Part shown: positions 27,956 through 35,487 of the stretch, piece by piece | Layout: every line of letters starts with the position of its first letter | Numbering within the stretch: position 1 is the stretch's first letter | Assembly: GCA_030649205.1 (NCBI GenBank) | Contig: JAUSGE010000029.1 | Span: forward strand, 1 to 51,599 | DNA length: 51,599 bases | Direction: 5' to 3' | From: a bacterium | GTDB lineage: Bacteria > Patescibacteriota > Patescibacteriia > Patescibacteriales > GWC2-42-12 | Program-made: the position numbers and the translations under genes | Notes under the pieces: generated by a model | Told to the model about the DNA's origin: nothing | The model's database searches: none | The model's input: only the letters and a program-made list of their open reading frames with translations

Positions 27956-28438
27956 ATGCCGGTACTGGCAGTCAATAAACGCGCTAATTTTGATTATGAC
28001 ATCCAAGAAACTTATGAAGCCGGCTTGGTGCTTTTGGGGCATGAGGTTAAAGCCGTTAAAACCGGTCATGTCAGCCTGAAAGGCAGTTATGTTACTTTTA
28101 AAAAACGCGCTGGCCAAAATTTGCCCGAAGCCTATTTGACCAACGCGCATATTCCCTTATACAAGCACGCGGGCAAAATTACTAACTACGAACCGGCCCG
28201 GCCCAGAAAACTGCTGTTAAAAAAGAAAGAGCTCGCATATTTAATGGGCAAAAAAGATGAGCAAGGCTTGACATTAGCGCCCATAAAAATATATACTAAG
28301 CGTAGTTTTATTAAGCTGGAATTCGGCGTGGGCAAAGGCCGAAAGAAATATGATAAGCGGGAAGTAATAAAGAAAAGAGAATTAGACAGGAATATTAGGA
28401 CCTTAACAAAGAATAAAATTCTAAATACGAAATTCTAA
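27956..28438 (+). CDS. smpB: SsrA-binding protein SmpB
   Basis: NKRANFDYDIQETYEAGLVLLGHEVKAVK...; a basic C-terminal tail; tmRNA lies immediately downstream. Confidence 0.95.
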   Translation: MPVLAVNKRANFDYDIQETYEAGLVLLGHEVKAVKTGHVSLKGSYVTFKKRAGQNLPEAYLTNAHIPLYKHAGKITNYEPARPRKLLLKKKELAYLMGKKDEQGLTLAPIKIYTKRSFIKLEFGVGKGRKKYDKREVIKKRELDRNIRTLTKNKILNTKF

Positions 28439-28557
28439 ATTCTAAACAAATCCAAAATAGTAAATTCAAAATTCCAAACGAGATGCAGACAGTTTTGAAC
28501 ATTTGGATTTTGAGTTTGTTTAGGATTTAGATATTAGAGTTTAGAATTTAAAAATTT

Positions 28558-28943
28558 GGGGATGCCAGGCATCGATAATAAAATTTTTTTTCAGCATTCA
28601 GAAGTGCGCGTTAGCCGTCACTTTAATCCGAGCTAGCTAACATAATAAGTGCCAAAAACTTATTAAGCAAAATGACATTCTCTTGGAGAATGCCCGCTTT
28701 TGCGCCAGTTGCCGCTTAATTGCCGCAACCATCCGCCCGGCCTAGCCTAAGGGTCGGATCACGGGTGTCATATTTTAGGCTCGTACAGTCGTCCGCTTTA
28801 GGCGATTGTCTTAAAAATTTAAAGCTAGCCGCGGCCGATTTTGTCCGGTTTTTACGGGCGCGGCGAAACAACAAACCGCTCTAATCTGTAAACTTGCTTT
28901 AAAAAATTTATTAGACAGGGGTTCAATTCCCCTCATCTCCACC
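28558..28943 (+). ncRNA. ssrA: tmRNA (SsrA)
   Basis: The 5' ggggatgcc pairs with the 3' tRNA-like end ggggttcaattcccctcatctccacc. The candidate tag frame is 28651-28719: GCC resume codon, AKNLLSKMTFSWRMPAFAPVAA, then TAA. It lies directly after smpB. Confidence 0.85.
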
Positions 28944-28949
28944 GGGCAA

Positions 28950-29032
28950 GGTCCAGTGGCGGAACTGGTATACGCACAACACTTAAAATGTTGCGTCTTA
29001 TAGGCATGTGGGTTCGACTCCCACCTGGACCA
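28950..29032 (+). tRNA. tRNA-Leu (anticodon TAA), long variable arm
   Basis: Acceptor ggtccag/ctggacc. Anticodon stem caaca/tgttg with loop ctTAAaa. T arm gtggg-ttcgact-cccac. Discriminator a. Confidence 0.9.
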
Positions 29033-29042
29033 CTAGATAAAC

Positions 29043-29114
29043 GCGGGTATCGTATAATGGCTATTATATTACCTTGCCAAGGTAGAGATACGGGTTCGAT
29101 TCCCGTTACCCGCT
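29043..29114 (+). tRNA. tRNA-Gly (anticodon GCC)
   Basis: Acceptor gcgggta/tacccgc. Anticodon loop ttGCCaa. T arm acggg-ttcgatt-cccgt. Discriminator t. Confidence 0.9.
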
Positions 29115-29165
29115 CCGATAGGCAAAATTGACAAAAAATTATTATTAAGCTAATATCCAAACATT

Positions 29166-29498
29166 ATGTTAATGATTAGATTATCAAGAATTGGCAAAAA
29201 GAATAAGCCGTTTTATCGCGTCATTATTTCGCCCAAGCAAAAGGACCTTTACGGCGATGCTTTGGAAATTTTGGGTTCATATAATCCTCACACTAAAGAG
29301 CTGAAAATCAACGCGGAAAAAACCAAATACTGGCTATCAAAGGGCGCCGGTATGTCGGACACGGTTAATAATTTGCTGATTGAAAAAAAAATAGTTGAAG
29401 GCAAAAAGGTTAAGGCGTCAAAAGACAGGAAGCCCAAAAAGGCGCCGGCCCAGGCCGCGCCGGTTGCAGCGCCGGCAGGAACTCCGGCTCAAGCTTGA
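29166..29498 (+). CDS. rpsP: 30S ribosomal protein S16 with an A/P/K-rich C-terminal extension
   Basis: MLMIRLSRIGKKNKPFYRVIISPKQKDLYGDALEILGSYNPHT. Confidence 0.95.
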   Translation: MLMIRLSRIGKKNKPFYRVIISPKQKDLYGDALEILGSYNPHTKELKINAEKTKYWLSKGAGMSDTVNNLLIEKKIVEGKKVKASKDRKPKKAPAQAAPVAAPAGTPAQA

Positions 29499-29616
29499 CA
29501 AATATTTAATTTGTGTTATAATAAAATAACCCTAATTTAGGGAATAATAATTAAAAAAATCTTTCACTTCTGACAGGAAAATTTAATAAGTCAGCTTTGA
29601 AAGAACCAGAAAAACT

Positions 29617-29949
29617 ATGGCTGCCAAACCAACAGATCAAGCATTCTTGGAGTTCATCGCCCAGTCCGTCGTTTCTAACCCTGACGCGGTATCAGTGGAA
29701 AGAACGGTTGATGAAATGGGAGTACTATTGACTCTGAAACTCGATCCGGCTGATATGGGATATATCATCGGACGAAAAGGCCAAACCGCTCAAGCGATCC
29801 GCACTTTGCTGAAAATCGTCGGCGCTAAGAACAACGCCCGCGTGAACCTAAAAATTTACGAGCCCGAAGGCTCGCGCCGGCCGGCCAGAAGCGAAAGAAG
29901 CGAAAGCGCCGGTATTGACACTTCATCGGTTGATGATTTAAAAATCTAA
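29617..29949 (+). CDS. KH-domain RNA-binding protein (YlqC/UPF0109-like)
   Basis: MGYIIGRKGQTAQAIRTLLKIVG (GxxG KH core). The position after rpsP is conserved. Confidence 0.85.
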   Translation: MAAKPTDQAFLEFIAQSVVSNPDAVSVERTVDEMGVLLTLKLDPADMGYIIGRKGQTAQAIRTLLKIVGAKNNARVNLKIYEPEGSRRPARSERSESAGIDTSSVDDLKI

Positions 29950-30059
29950 CAGCAAAAATAGATATAAACAAAAAGCCACATTAACTTGTGGCTTTTTGTT
30001 TCTACTGTCATTCCCGTCCTTGTCATTCCCGCGAAAGCGGGAATCCATTTCCTTATTAT

Positions 30060-30758
30060 ATGACCTTCCACATCATCACAATTTTTCCTCACATCTTTGA
30101 CTCTTATTTTAACGAGTCAATTCTTAAGCGCGCGCTAACCAATAAATTGATCACTATAAAAATTCATAACCTGCGCGACTGGACAACGGACAAGCATCAA
30201 ACCGTGGACGACGCCCCGTTCGGCGGCGGCGCCGGCCTGGTCATGAAGATTGAACCATTATACAAAGCCCTGCGCGATATTACCCCCCTTGCAAAGGGGG
30301 GCAGGGGGGTTAAAACCATATTATTATCCGCTAAGGGCAAAACCTGGAACCAGCGCCTGGCAAAATCGCATAGCCAGCTTAAGAATATCATCCTAATCTG
30401 CGGCCGCTACGAAGGCGTGGATGAAAGAATCACAAAATTTATTGACGAAGAAATTTCCATCGGCGATTATATTTTAACCGGCGGCGAGATCGGCGCTCTG
30501 GCCATTATTGACTCCATCACCCGCCTTCTGCCCGGCGCTTTAGGCAACGCGGACAGCGCCAAATACGAATCGCACTCCACTGCCGGTGTTTTAGAACATC
30601 CGCATTACACCCGCCCGGAAATTTTTACCGCCACCCCCCTTATAAAGGGGGGCAGGGGGGTTAAATCCTACCGCGTTCCCAAAGTATTATTATCCGGTAA
30701 TCATAAAAAAATAGCCGACTGGCGCGCCAAAAAATCAAAGCGCCTTCACCCCCTTTAA
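30060..30758 (+). CDS. trmD: tRNA (guanine37-N1)-methyltransferase TrmD, carrying two in-frame repeat insertions
   Basis: The start is the ATG at 30060 (MTFHIITIFPHIF); the track start at 29988 lies in repeat DNA. Motifs: DDAPFGGGAGLVMK, ICGRYEGVDERI, ISIGDYILTGGE, LLSGNHKKIADWR. Repeats at 30282-30315 and 30633-30667 encode TPLAKGGRGVK and TPLIKGGRGVK. Confidence 0.9.
   Translation: MTFHIITIFPHIFDSYFNESILKRALTNKLITIKIHNLRDWTTDKHQTVDDAPFGGGAGLVMKIEPLYKALRDITPLAKGGRGVKTILLSAKGKTWNQRLAKSHSQLKNIILICGRYEGVDERITKFIDEEISIGDYILTGGEIGALAIIDSITRLLPGALGNADSAKYESHSTAGVLEHPHYTRPEIFTATPLIKGGRGVKSYRVPKVLLSGNHKKIADWRAKKSKRLHPL
30282..30315. repeat. Family E palindrome inside trmD (copy 1)
   Basis: accccccttgcaaaggggggcaggggggttaaaac. 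Confidence 0.85.
30633..30667. repeat. Family E palindrome inside trmD (copy 2)
   Basis: accccccttataaaggggggcaggggggttaaatc differs from copy 1 in the hairpin loop (gc versus at) and in the last 3 nt. Confidence 0.85.
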
Positions 30759-30947
30759 CAAAGGGGGTTAGGGGGATTTTTATCGTTTTTGGCTCCATAG
30801 TGCCGTCAGGCCTGTGGAGCCGTTTTGTTTATTTGTCATTCCCGCCCGTCTCGCGTCGGCGCGAGCCGAGGCGAGCGCAGGAGGGAATTCAAAAATTTAT
30901 TGTCATTGCGAGAAGCCTGTAATCAGGCGACGAAGCAATCTCACGAA
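30747..30947. repeat. Repeat cluster E + C + B + A after trmD; the E unit contains the trmD stop codon
   Basis: 30747-30779 caccccctttaacaaagggggttagggggattt (TAA at 30756-30758). Also 30791-30821 (C), 30836-30895 (long B hairpin) and 30901-30947 (A left half). Confidence 0.85.
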
Positions 30948-31022
30948 GACTCGAAGTTGACATAAACAAAGCGAGAGAGATATAATTACAATATAATTTC
31001 AAAATATTTAATCATACATGTT

Positions 31023-31436
31023 ATGCAAGCACAAGACCTGCAACAAATCGGCCAGTTAATGGACGAAAAACTTAAAGAGAATAACAAAATATTAAAAGAG
31101 GAAATAACCAGCGAATTGACTAAAAAAATTGATAATAAAATTGATGAATTGGCAATTACTGTAAATTCAGCCTTTAGCGAACAAAAAGAATATTTAGATG
31201 AAAAGTTTGTTGAAATAGACAAAAAGTTTGTTGAAATAGGCGATAACTTCAAAGAGGTTAAAGAAGAAATAGCTAAACGGCCGACCACGGATAAAATGTT
31301 TTCCTGGGCGGATGAAAGGATAACGACTTTGGAACTGGACACGGATAAAATAAAATATCTGCATCGTGAAGAATGGAAAAAATTGCCAAGCGCTCCAGAG
31401 ATAAATAAGTCTCTAATAGAAGCGGGCATTAATTAA
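31023..31436 (+). CDS. Hypothetical coiled-coil protein
   Basis: 137-aa ORF, K/E-rich, with an internal tandem EKFVEIDKKFVEIGDNF. A terminator follows. Confidence 0.5.
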   Translation: MQAQDLQQIGQLMDEKLKENNKILKEEITSELTKKIDNKIDELAITVNSAFSEQKEYLDEKFVEIDKKFVEIGDNFKEVKEEIAKRPTTDKMFSWADERITTLELDTDKIKYLHREEWKKLPSAPEINKSLIEAGIN

Positions 31437-31459
31437 TAAATCATTTAACATTAGCCATA

Positions 31460-31487
31460 AAAATCGTCATTCGTTGACGATTTTTTG
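31460..31487 (+). terminator. Rho-independent terminator
   Basis: aaaatcgtca-ttcgt-tgacgatttt followed by ttg. Confidence 0.8.
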
Positions 31488-31678
31488 ATTTTATGCTATG
31501 GTTAGCAGTTAGTTCTTTTAGCATTGTTATGCCAAACAGAACCAAATCGAACCTTTATATCTCCCTCTTGACCTGTTTATTTTTAGGCAGGCCAAGGGTG
31601 AGGCACAAAGGTTCGATTGTCGGACTTTGAAAATTGAAAAACAACAAACAATCAAAAAAATTTTGGAGGAAAATTATC

Positions 31679-32689
31679 ATGGCAAAAAAACCTACAAGTA
31701 CAGCAACGCCTACTACTCCCCCTGCTACAACCGCAACGCCACCAACTCCTGTTGTACCCGTTGTTGTACTTCCAACACCCACTGCTACCACCCCGGCCGC
31801 TGCTCTAAGTGATCCAGTTGAGTTGCAACTGCTAAAAAGTGAGTTGCCTAACAGGGACATTAGAATTTTCGCCCGCGTCCTCAATATCGTGGATAAGGGC
31901 TTGGGGCGGAAGCAGGTAGTCTTCACCCGTGACGGAGAACAGAAAGTCGCCATCACCAATAGTCAAGGGGATACGATGTATCCTGACCCCATAACTCCTC
32001 TCCCGGCAGGGAAAGAGACAAAAGTCTCGGCTCATATTTCCGGGATTAGAAATTTTTCTGTCATGCATATTATTAAAAGGGTTGTTAAGACCCCGGCGCA
32101 AATGGCAAAGGACAGAAGAAATAATAAAATTGCAAAATATTTTATTCTTTTTATGGGCGCCCTTTGGTTGGCCAGTTGGTTGATTGCTTTTATTTTTGGA
32201 TTAGGCAATCCACTAATTGATTTTTCCCAAACTAAACTCTCGGATCAGCAGGTATTTTTTAATAACCTGCCGGGAGTCAAAGGGAGCGCTAAGGAAATAA
32301 AATTAGACCAACCGCAGAGTTTGGGACAATGGCAAAAACCATTTTTTCTGGCGGTTCTTCTATGGACCATATTTTGCATTTTTTATGGCATTCTTGCTTG
32401 CCGTGAGGAAGCCATGGAAGGATTCCGCAAGGGGATAGAAAAGCTGGTGGACAAACACTATAATACTGCCAGCGCCCGAGATCCGTTTTTTGAAAGGCTT
32501 TTGGCGTTCTCTGGACATCTTGCTACTGCCAAAAGACCAACTTCAACCACTGCCACCCCTGCCGGAAGTGCTACCACACCGCCGACTAATGTCAGGCCAT
32601 CTTTTTGGGAGTTATTTAGATCTGACATTTTGTCAGATCTAATTGTTGAAGTGCTTCCCAGTGTAATTAAATCCGTTCGTGGGCGATAA
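31679..32689 (+). CDS. Hypothetical membrane protein with T/P-rich termini
   Basis: The ATG at 31679 has GGAGG 9 nt upstream; the track start at 31634 is less likely. N-terminal TSTATPTTPPATTATPPTPVVPVVVLPTPTATTP. Two TM helices (FILFMGALWLASWLIAFIFGL; FFLAVLLWTIFCIFYGILA). A second T/P-rich patch lies near the C-terminus. Confidence 0.55.
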   Translation: MAKKPTSTATPTTPPATTATPPTPVVPVVVLPTPTATTPAAALSDPVELQLLKSELPNRDIRIFARVLNIVDKGLGRKQVVFTRDGEQKVAITNSQGDTMYPDPITPLPAGKETKVSAHISGIRNFSVMHIIKRVVKTPAQMAKDRRNNKIAKYFILFMGALWLASWLIAFIFGLGNPLIDFSQTKLSDQQVFFNNLPGVKGSAKEIKLDQPQSLGQWQKPFFLAVLLWTIFCIFYGILACREEAMEGFRKGIEKLVDKHYNTASARDPFFERLLAFSGHLATAKRPTSTTATPAGSATTPPTNVRPSFWELFRSDILSDLIVEVLPSVIKSVRGR

Positions 32690-32732
32690 CTGTGGAAGAT
32701 AACAAAGAATTTAATTTTTAAAGGAGGTCCTA

Positions 32733-33506
32733 ATGAAAATTTATGCTAAGTATAGTATTATTACTTTTGTGGTTGCCTTTTTGTTGGCGCTACTGACATG
32801 GCGTTTGCAAGTAGGGATAGCTACTCTGATGCTGTTCCAATTAGGTTACGGAATCCACAGTCTCCGCAAAACATACCCATGGATAGCGGTAATTACCGGT
32901 TCAATAATTAGCGTCGTAATTATTTGTGGATTACTTTGGTGGTTTTTTAGAATAAACTTTCCCCTAAGTTACGATACCTTTCCGTGGGGAAAGAATTACC
33001 GCGATGCCCAAATCGCAAAATTCATTGACCCCGGTTTGTCGGAAGCCAGGTCGGTACTCTTTTTGGAATTACGAAAAAAGGACGATGCCCTCGCCGCCGA
33101 TATTCCCAACTTAATGAAAGATGGGAAATATGATGAGATAAAAAAACGAACTCAAGAGTTAATTGATCACCGTAAGGAGATTGAAAAACTCATAGCACAA
33201 ACTGATCCGCCGCCAGCGCCCAACCAGATTCCCTCTGCGGCCCAGCCAGTCATTGAACTCAAAAAAGGCGACAAACGCCTTTATGAGATCAGCGATGATG
33301 GTTATTCGTCAAGGATATTCGTCCCTAGCGGCGTTCATTATGATTTGACCTCAACGGGCGGCAAGCCTTACGAGGTCGTATTTGACAACGGACTACGGAT
33401 TGCGGTTGTGCCTGGTGAGCCGCATATCAACGCTCCAACAGTTAATCCCTGCATTTTCCGCATATATAGTAAGGAAAAGCAGGGGATTTTAATTGAAGGA
33501 AATTAA
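32733..33506 (+). CDS. Hypothetical membrane protein (three N-terminal TM helices + soluble C-terminal domain)
   Basis: AGGAGG lies 6 nt upstream of the ATG. 257 aa. It lies between 31679..32689 and the pilin-like gene on the same strand. Confidence 0.55.
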   Translation: MKIYAKYSIITFVVAFLLALLTWRLQVGIATLMLFQLGYGIHSLRKTYPWIAVITGSIISVVIICGLLWWFFRINFPLSYDTFPWGKNYRDAQIAKFIDPGLSEARSVLFLELRKKDDALAADIPNLMKDGKYDEIKKRTQELIDHRKEIEKLIAQTDPPPAPNQIPSAAQPVIELKKGDKRLYEISDDGYSSRIFVPSGVHYDLTSTGGKPYEVVFDNGLRIAVVPGEPHINAPTVNPCIFRIYSKEKQGILIEGN

Positions 33507-33582
33507 AAGAAGGAGGAAAAATTTAGTACACTAGGGGTAAGTCCAACTTGCCCCTTTTATTTTTTTAAAAAAATCTGCTATA

Positions 33583-34140
33583 ATGTTAGTAATTATAATT
33601 TATACTCAAAATGTGCTTAAAAAAATTTGTTTAATTACTGTTCTATTTTTTGCGTTTCTTATAACTGCTCGTCACGCTAAAGCTGATAGCAATGCTATCT
33701 GCGACTGCGACGGAAATACTAGTTGGGTAACTAATTGCAGTACTGACAACTGCCCTGATGTGTGCTCTTGCACATACTCGCCAAATTCTAACATAAGTGG
33801 TAATGGAGCTGTTGCACCCAACATTAGCGGGCCTGGAGCAAGCGGCGCCCCCGGTCAACCGGTCCAACTCACCAACCCCCTGACCGGCAACGCCACCAGC
33901 AAAGACATTCCCACTCTGCTCGGCAACATCATCCAATACGCCATGGGCATCATCGGCTCGCTGGCTTTGGTGATGTTTATTTTCGGCGGCGCGACTTGGA
34001 TGCTGTCGGCCGGCAACCAGGAGCGGGTAACCAAGGGCAAAAATATTATTATCTGGGCGGCCCTGGGCCTGGCCATGATTTTCACGGCCTACGCTTTGGT
34101 CAGATTCCTGATTGAAACTCTGGGCAAGTCGGGCGGCTGA
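33583..34140 (+). CDS. VirB2/TrbC-like T4SS-pilin family protein with a Cys-rich, G/P/N-rich mature N-terminus
   Basis: The C-terminal module FGGATWMLSAGNQERVTKGKNIIIWAALGLAMIFTAYALV matches the other ten paralogs. There are 8 Cys in ~35 aa after the signal peptide (AICDCDGNTSWVTNCSTDNCPDVCSCT). The start may instead be the GTG at 33613. Confidence 0.7.
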   Translation: MLVIIIYTQNVLKKICLITVLFFAFLITARHAKADSNAICDCDGNTSWVTNCSTDNCPDVCSCTYSPNSNISGNGAVAPNISGPGASGAPGQPVQLTNPLTGNATSKDIPTLLGNIIQYAMGIIGSLALVMFIFGGATWMLSAGNQERVTKGKNIIIWAALGLAMIFTAYALVRFLIETLGKSGG

Positions 34141-34150
34141 CAACTCGCAA

Positions 34151-34601
34151 CTCATAGCTCATAACCCGTAACCCAAATTCAAAAAACTTCCCTAAGGAAG
34201 TTTTTATTTTATCTTGCTTATTATTCCCCAAACCATGCCGCCGATATCATCCGCTAATTTTGATAATAAGTCATAGTCATCCTGCTTTAAATAATTTTCC
34301 GATAGAGCAAAATAGATTAAATACTTTGTTTCTTTTAACGAGCCATACGATATTTCTAAAAAATTTTTATATACTTTGCAATTATCGCCTTTCCTTCTGG
34401 CAAAACCCTCTATGTAATTTAAAATAATTGACAAGGCCGCTCTTCTTAATTGAGATGTAAGCCCATATAATTCGTCTCTGGGAAAATTTCTGCTGGCTTT
34501 ATATACGGATTTCACATACTGATGCATCTTTAATTTAAGTTCATCATGATATCCCATAAAATAGAGTTATGAGTTGCGGGTTACGGGTTACGAGCTATGA
34601 G
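34151..34601. other. Inverted-repeat-bounded cassette carrying the four-helix-bundle gene
   Basis: The left arm ctcatagctcataacccgtaaccc (34151-34174) matches the reverse complement of 34578-34601 at 23/24 positions. Confidence 0.7.
34204..34557 (-). CDS. Four-helix-bundle protein (23S rRNA intervening-sequence protein family, TIGR02436-like)
   Basis: FPRDELYGLTSQLRRAALSIILNYIEGFARR...ISYGSLKETKYLIYFAL is the family signature from memory. 117 aa. Confidence 0.8.
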   Translation of the reverse strand: MGYHDELKLKMHQYVKSVYKASRNFPRDELYGLTSQLRRAALSIILNYIEGFARRKGDNCKVYKNFLEISYGSLKETKYLIYFALSENYLKQDDYDLLSKLADDIGGMVWGIISKIK

Positions 34602-35458
34602 ATCAGCATCGCCGCGCCAATCGCTCCGGCGTTAGAGCCCAGCTTGCCTTTAACTATTTTTACAACTTTGGCTTCAGGCGACTTAATATATTGGCGCATG
34701 ATTTTTTTGGTGCGGGATAAAAACAAATCGCTGGATTCCACCACGCCGCCGCCCACGATGATGATTTCCGGATCTAGGATGTTCACTATGTTGGCTAAGC
34801 TAATGCCCAGATAATGGCCGAATTCATCATAAACTTTTTGCGCCAAAACATCGCCGCGATAAGCTTCGTCAGCCAAGGCGGCCGGACTGTTTTGCGTAAG
34901 TTTATGATAGGCCTGCTCCAAGGCCATGCCTTCTTTAAAATCAACAATCAGCCAGCCGGCTTCAGCCGCGCCGCCGTGCGCCCCCTGGTAAATTTCATTA
35001 TTATGCCACCAAGCGCCGCCGATGCCAGTACCCACGGTAATGCCAAAAACATTTTTATATTTCCGGCCGGCGCCGAATTTAATTTCCGCGCGCAAAAAAC
35101 AATTAACATCATTATCCATTTTAATCTGTTCCACTCCCAGTTTAGCCGCCAGATTCTCCGGCAATTTAAGTCCGTTCAAAAACGGTAAATTCGGCGCTTC
35201 AACAATCTTGCTTTCTTTATAATCCAGCATACCCGGAATGCCCAAGCTAATGCCTTTAATGACAGCGCCGCTGACTCTGGCTTTTTCCTGCAATGGCTCA
35301 ATCAAAGCCTTAAGCATAATCATGAAATGCTCCAGATCATCTTTGGGCGTGGCCAAAACATAATCAGCCAAAACTTTTTGTCCGTCAAATAAAACCGCGC
35401 TCATCTTTGTTCCTCCTATATCCACGCCAATGGAATAATTTTTATTTGGTTTAGTCAT
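34595..35458 (-). CDS. ROK-family sugar kinase (glucokinase-like)
   Basis: N-terminal IGVDIGGTKMSAV, central GITVGTGIGGAWW, and a C-terminal GSNAGAIGAAML. There is no Zn-binding CxCGxxGC motif. Confidence 0.8.
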   Translation of the reverse strand: MTKPNKNYSIGVDIGGTKMSAVLFDGQKVLADYVLATPKDDLEHFMIMLKALIEPLQEKARVSGAVIKGISLGIPGMLDYKESKIVEAPNLPFLNGLKLPENLAAKLGVEQIKMDNDVNCFLRAEIKFGAGRKYKNVFGITVGTGIGGAWWHNNEIYQGAHGGAAEAGWLIVDFKEGMALEQAYHKLTQNSPAALADEAYRGDVLAQKVYDEFGHYLGISLANIVNILDPEIIIVGGGVVESSDLFLSRTKKIMRQYIKSPEAKVVKIVKGKLGSNAGAIGAAMLIS

Positions 35459-35487
35459 ATTTTTATTGTCATTAACAAAAACAATTC

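Noticed and set aside
28933-29160. 75-aa minus-strand ORF
   Set aside because: It lies entirely over tRNA-Leu(TAA) and tRNA-Gly(GCC) and the tmRNA 3' end. It is a translation of structured RNA genes.
29988-30059. Upstream extension of trmD from a TTG start
   Set aside because: The extension translates family B hairpins (gtcattcccg...). The conserved TrmD N-terminus begins at the ATG at 30060.
31545-31616. tRNA-like ggttcgatt motif within the inverted repeat atcgaaccttt...aaaggttcgat; possible tRNA fragment or att site
   Set aside because: I could not fold any acceptor or anticodon arm. No integrase is nearby. It is more simply a long hairpin around the promoter region of 31679..32689.
33643-34155. 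170-aa minus-strand ORF (plus the 76-aa ORF at 33855..34085)
   Set aside because: They are antisense to the pilin-like gene 33583..34140, whose conserved C-terminal module matches ten paralogs. Their composition is Arg/Ala-rich, as expected for antisense of GC-rich coding DNA.
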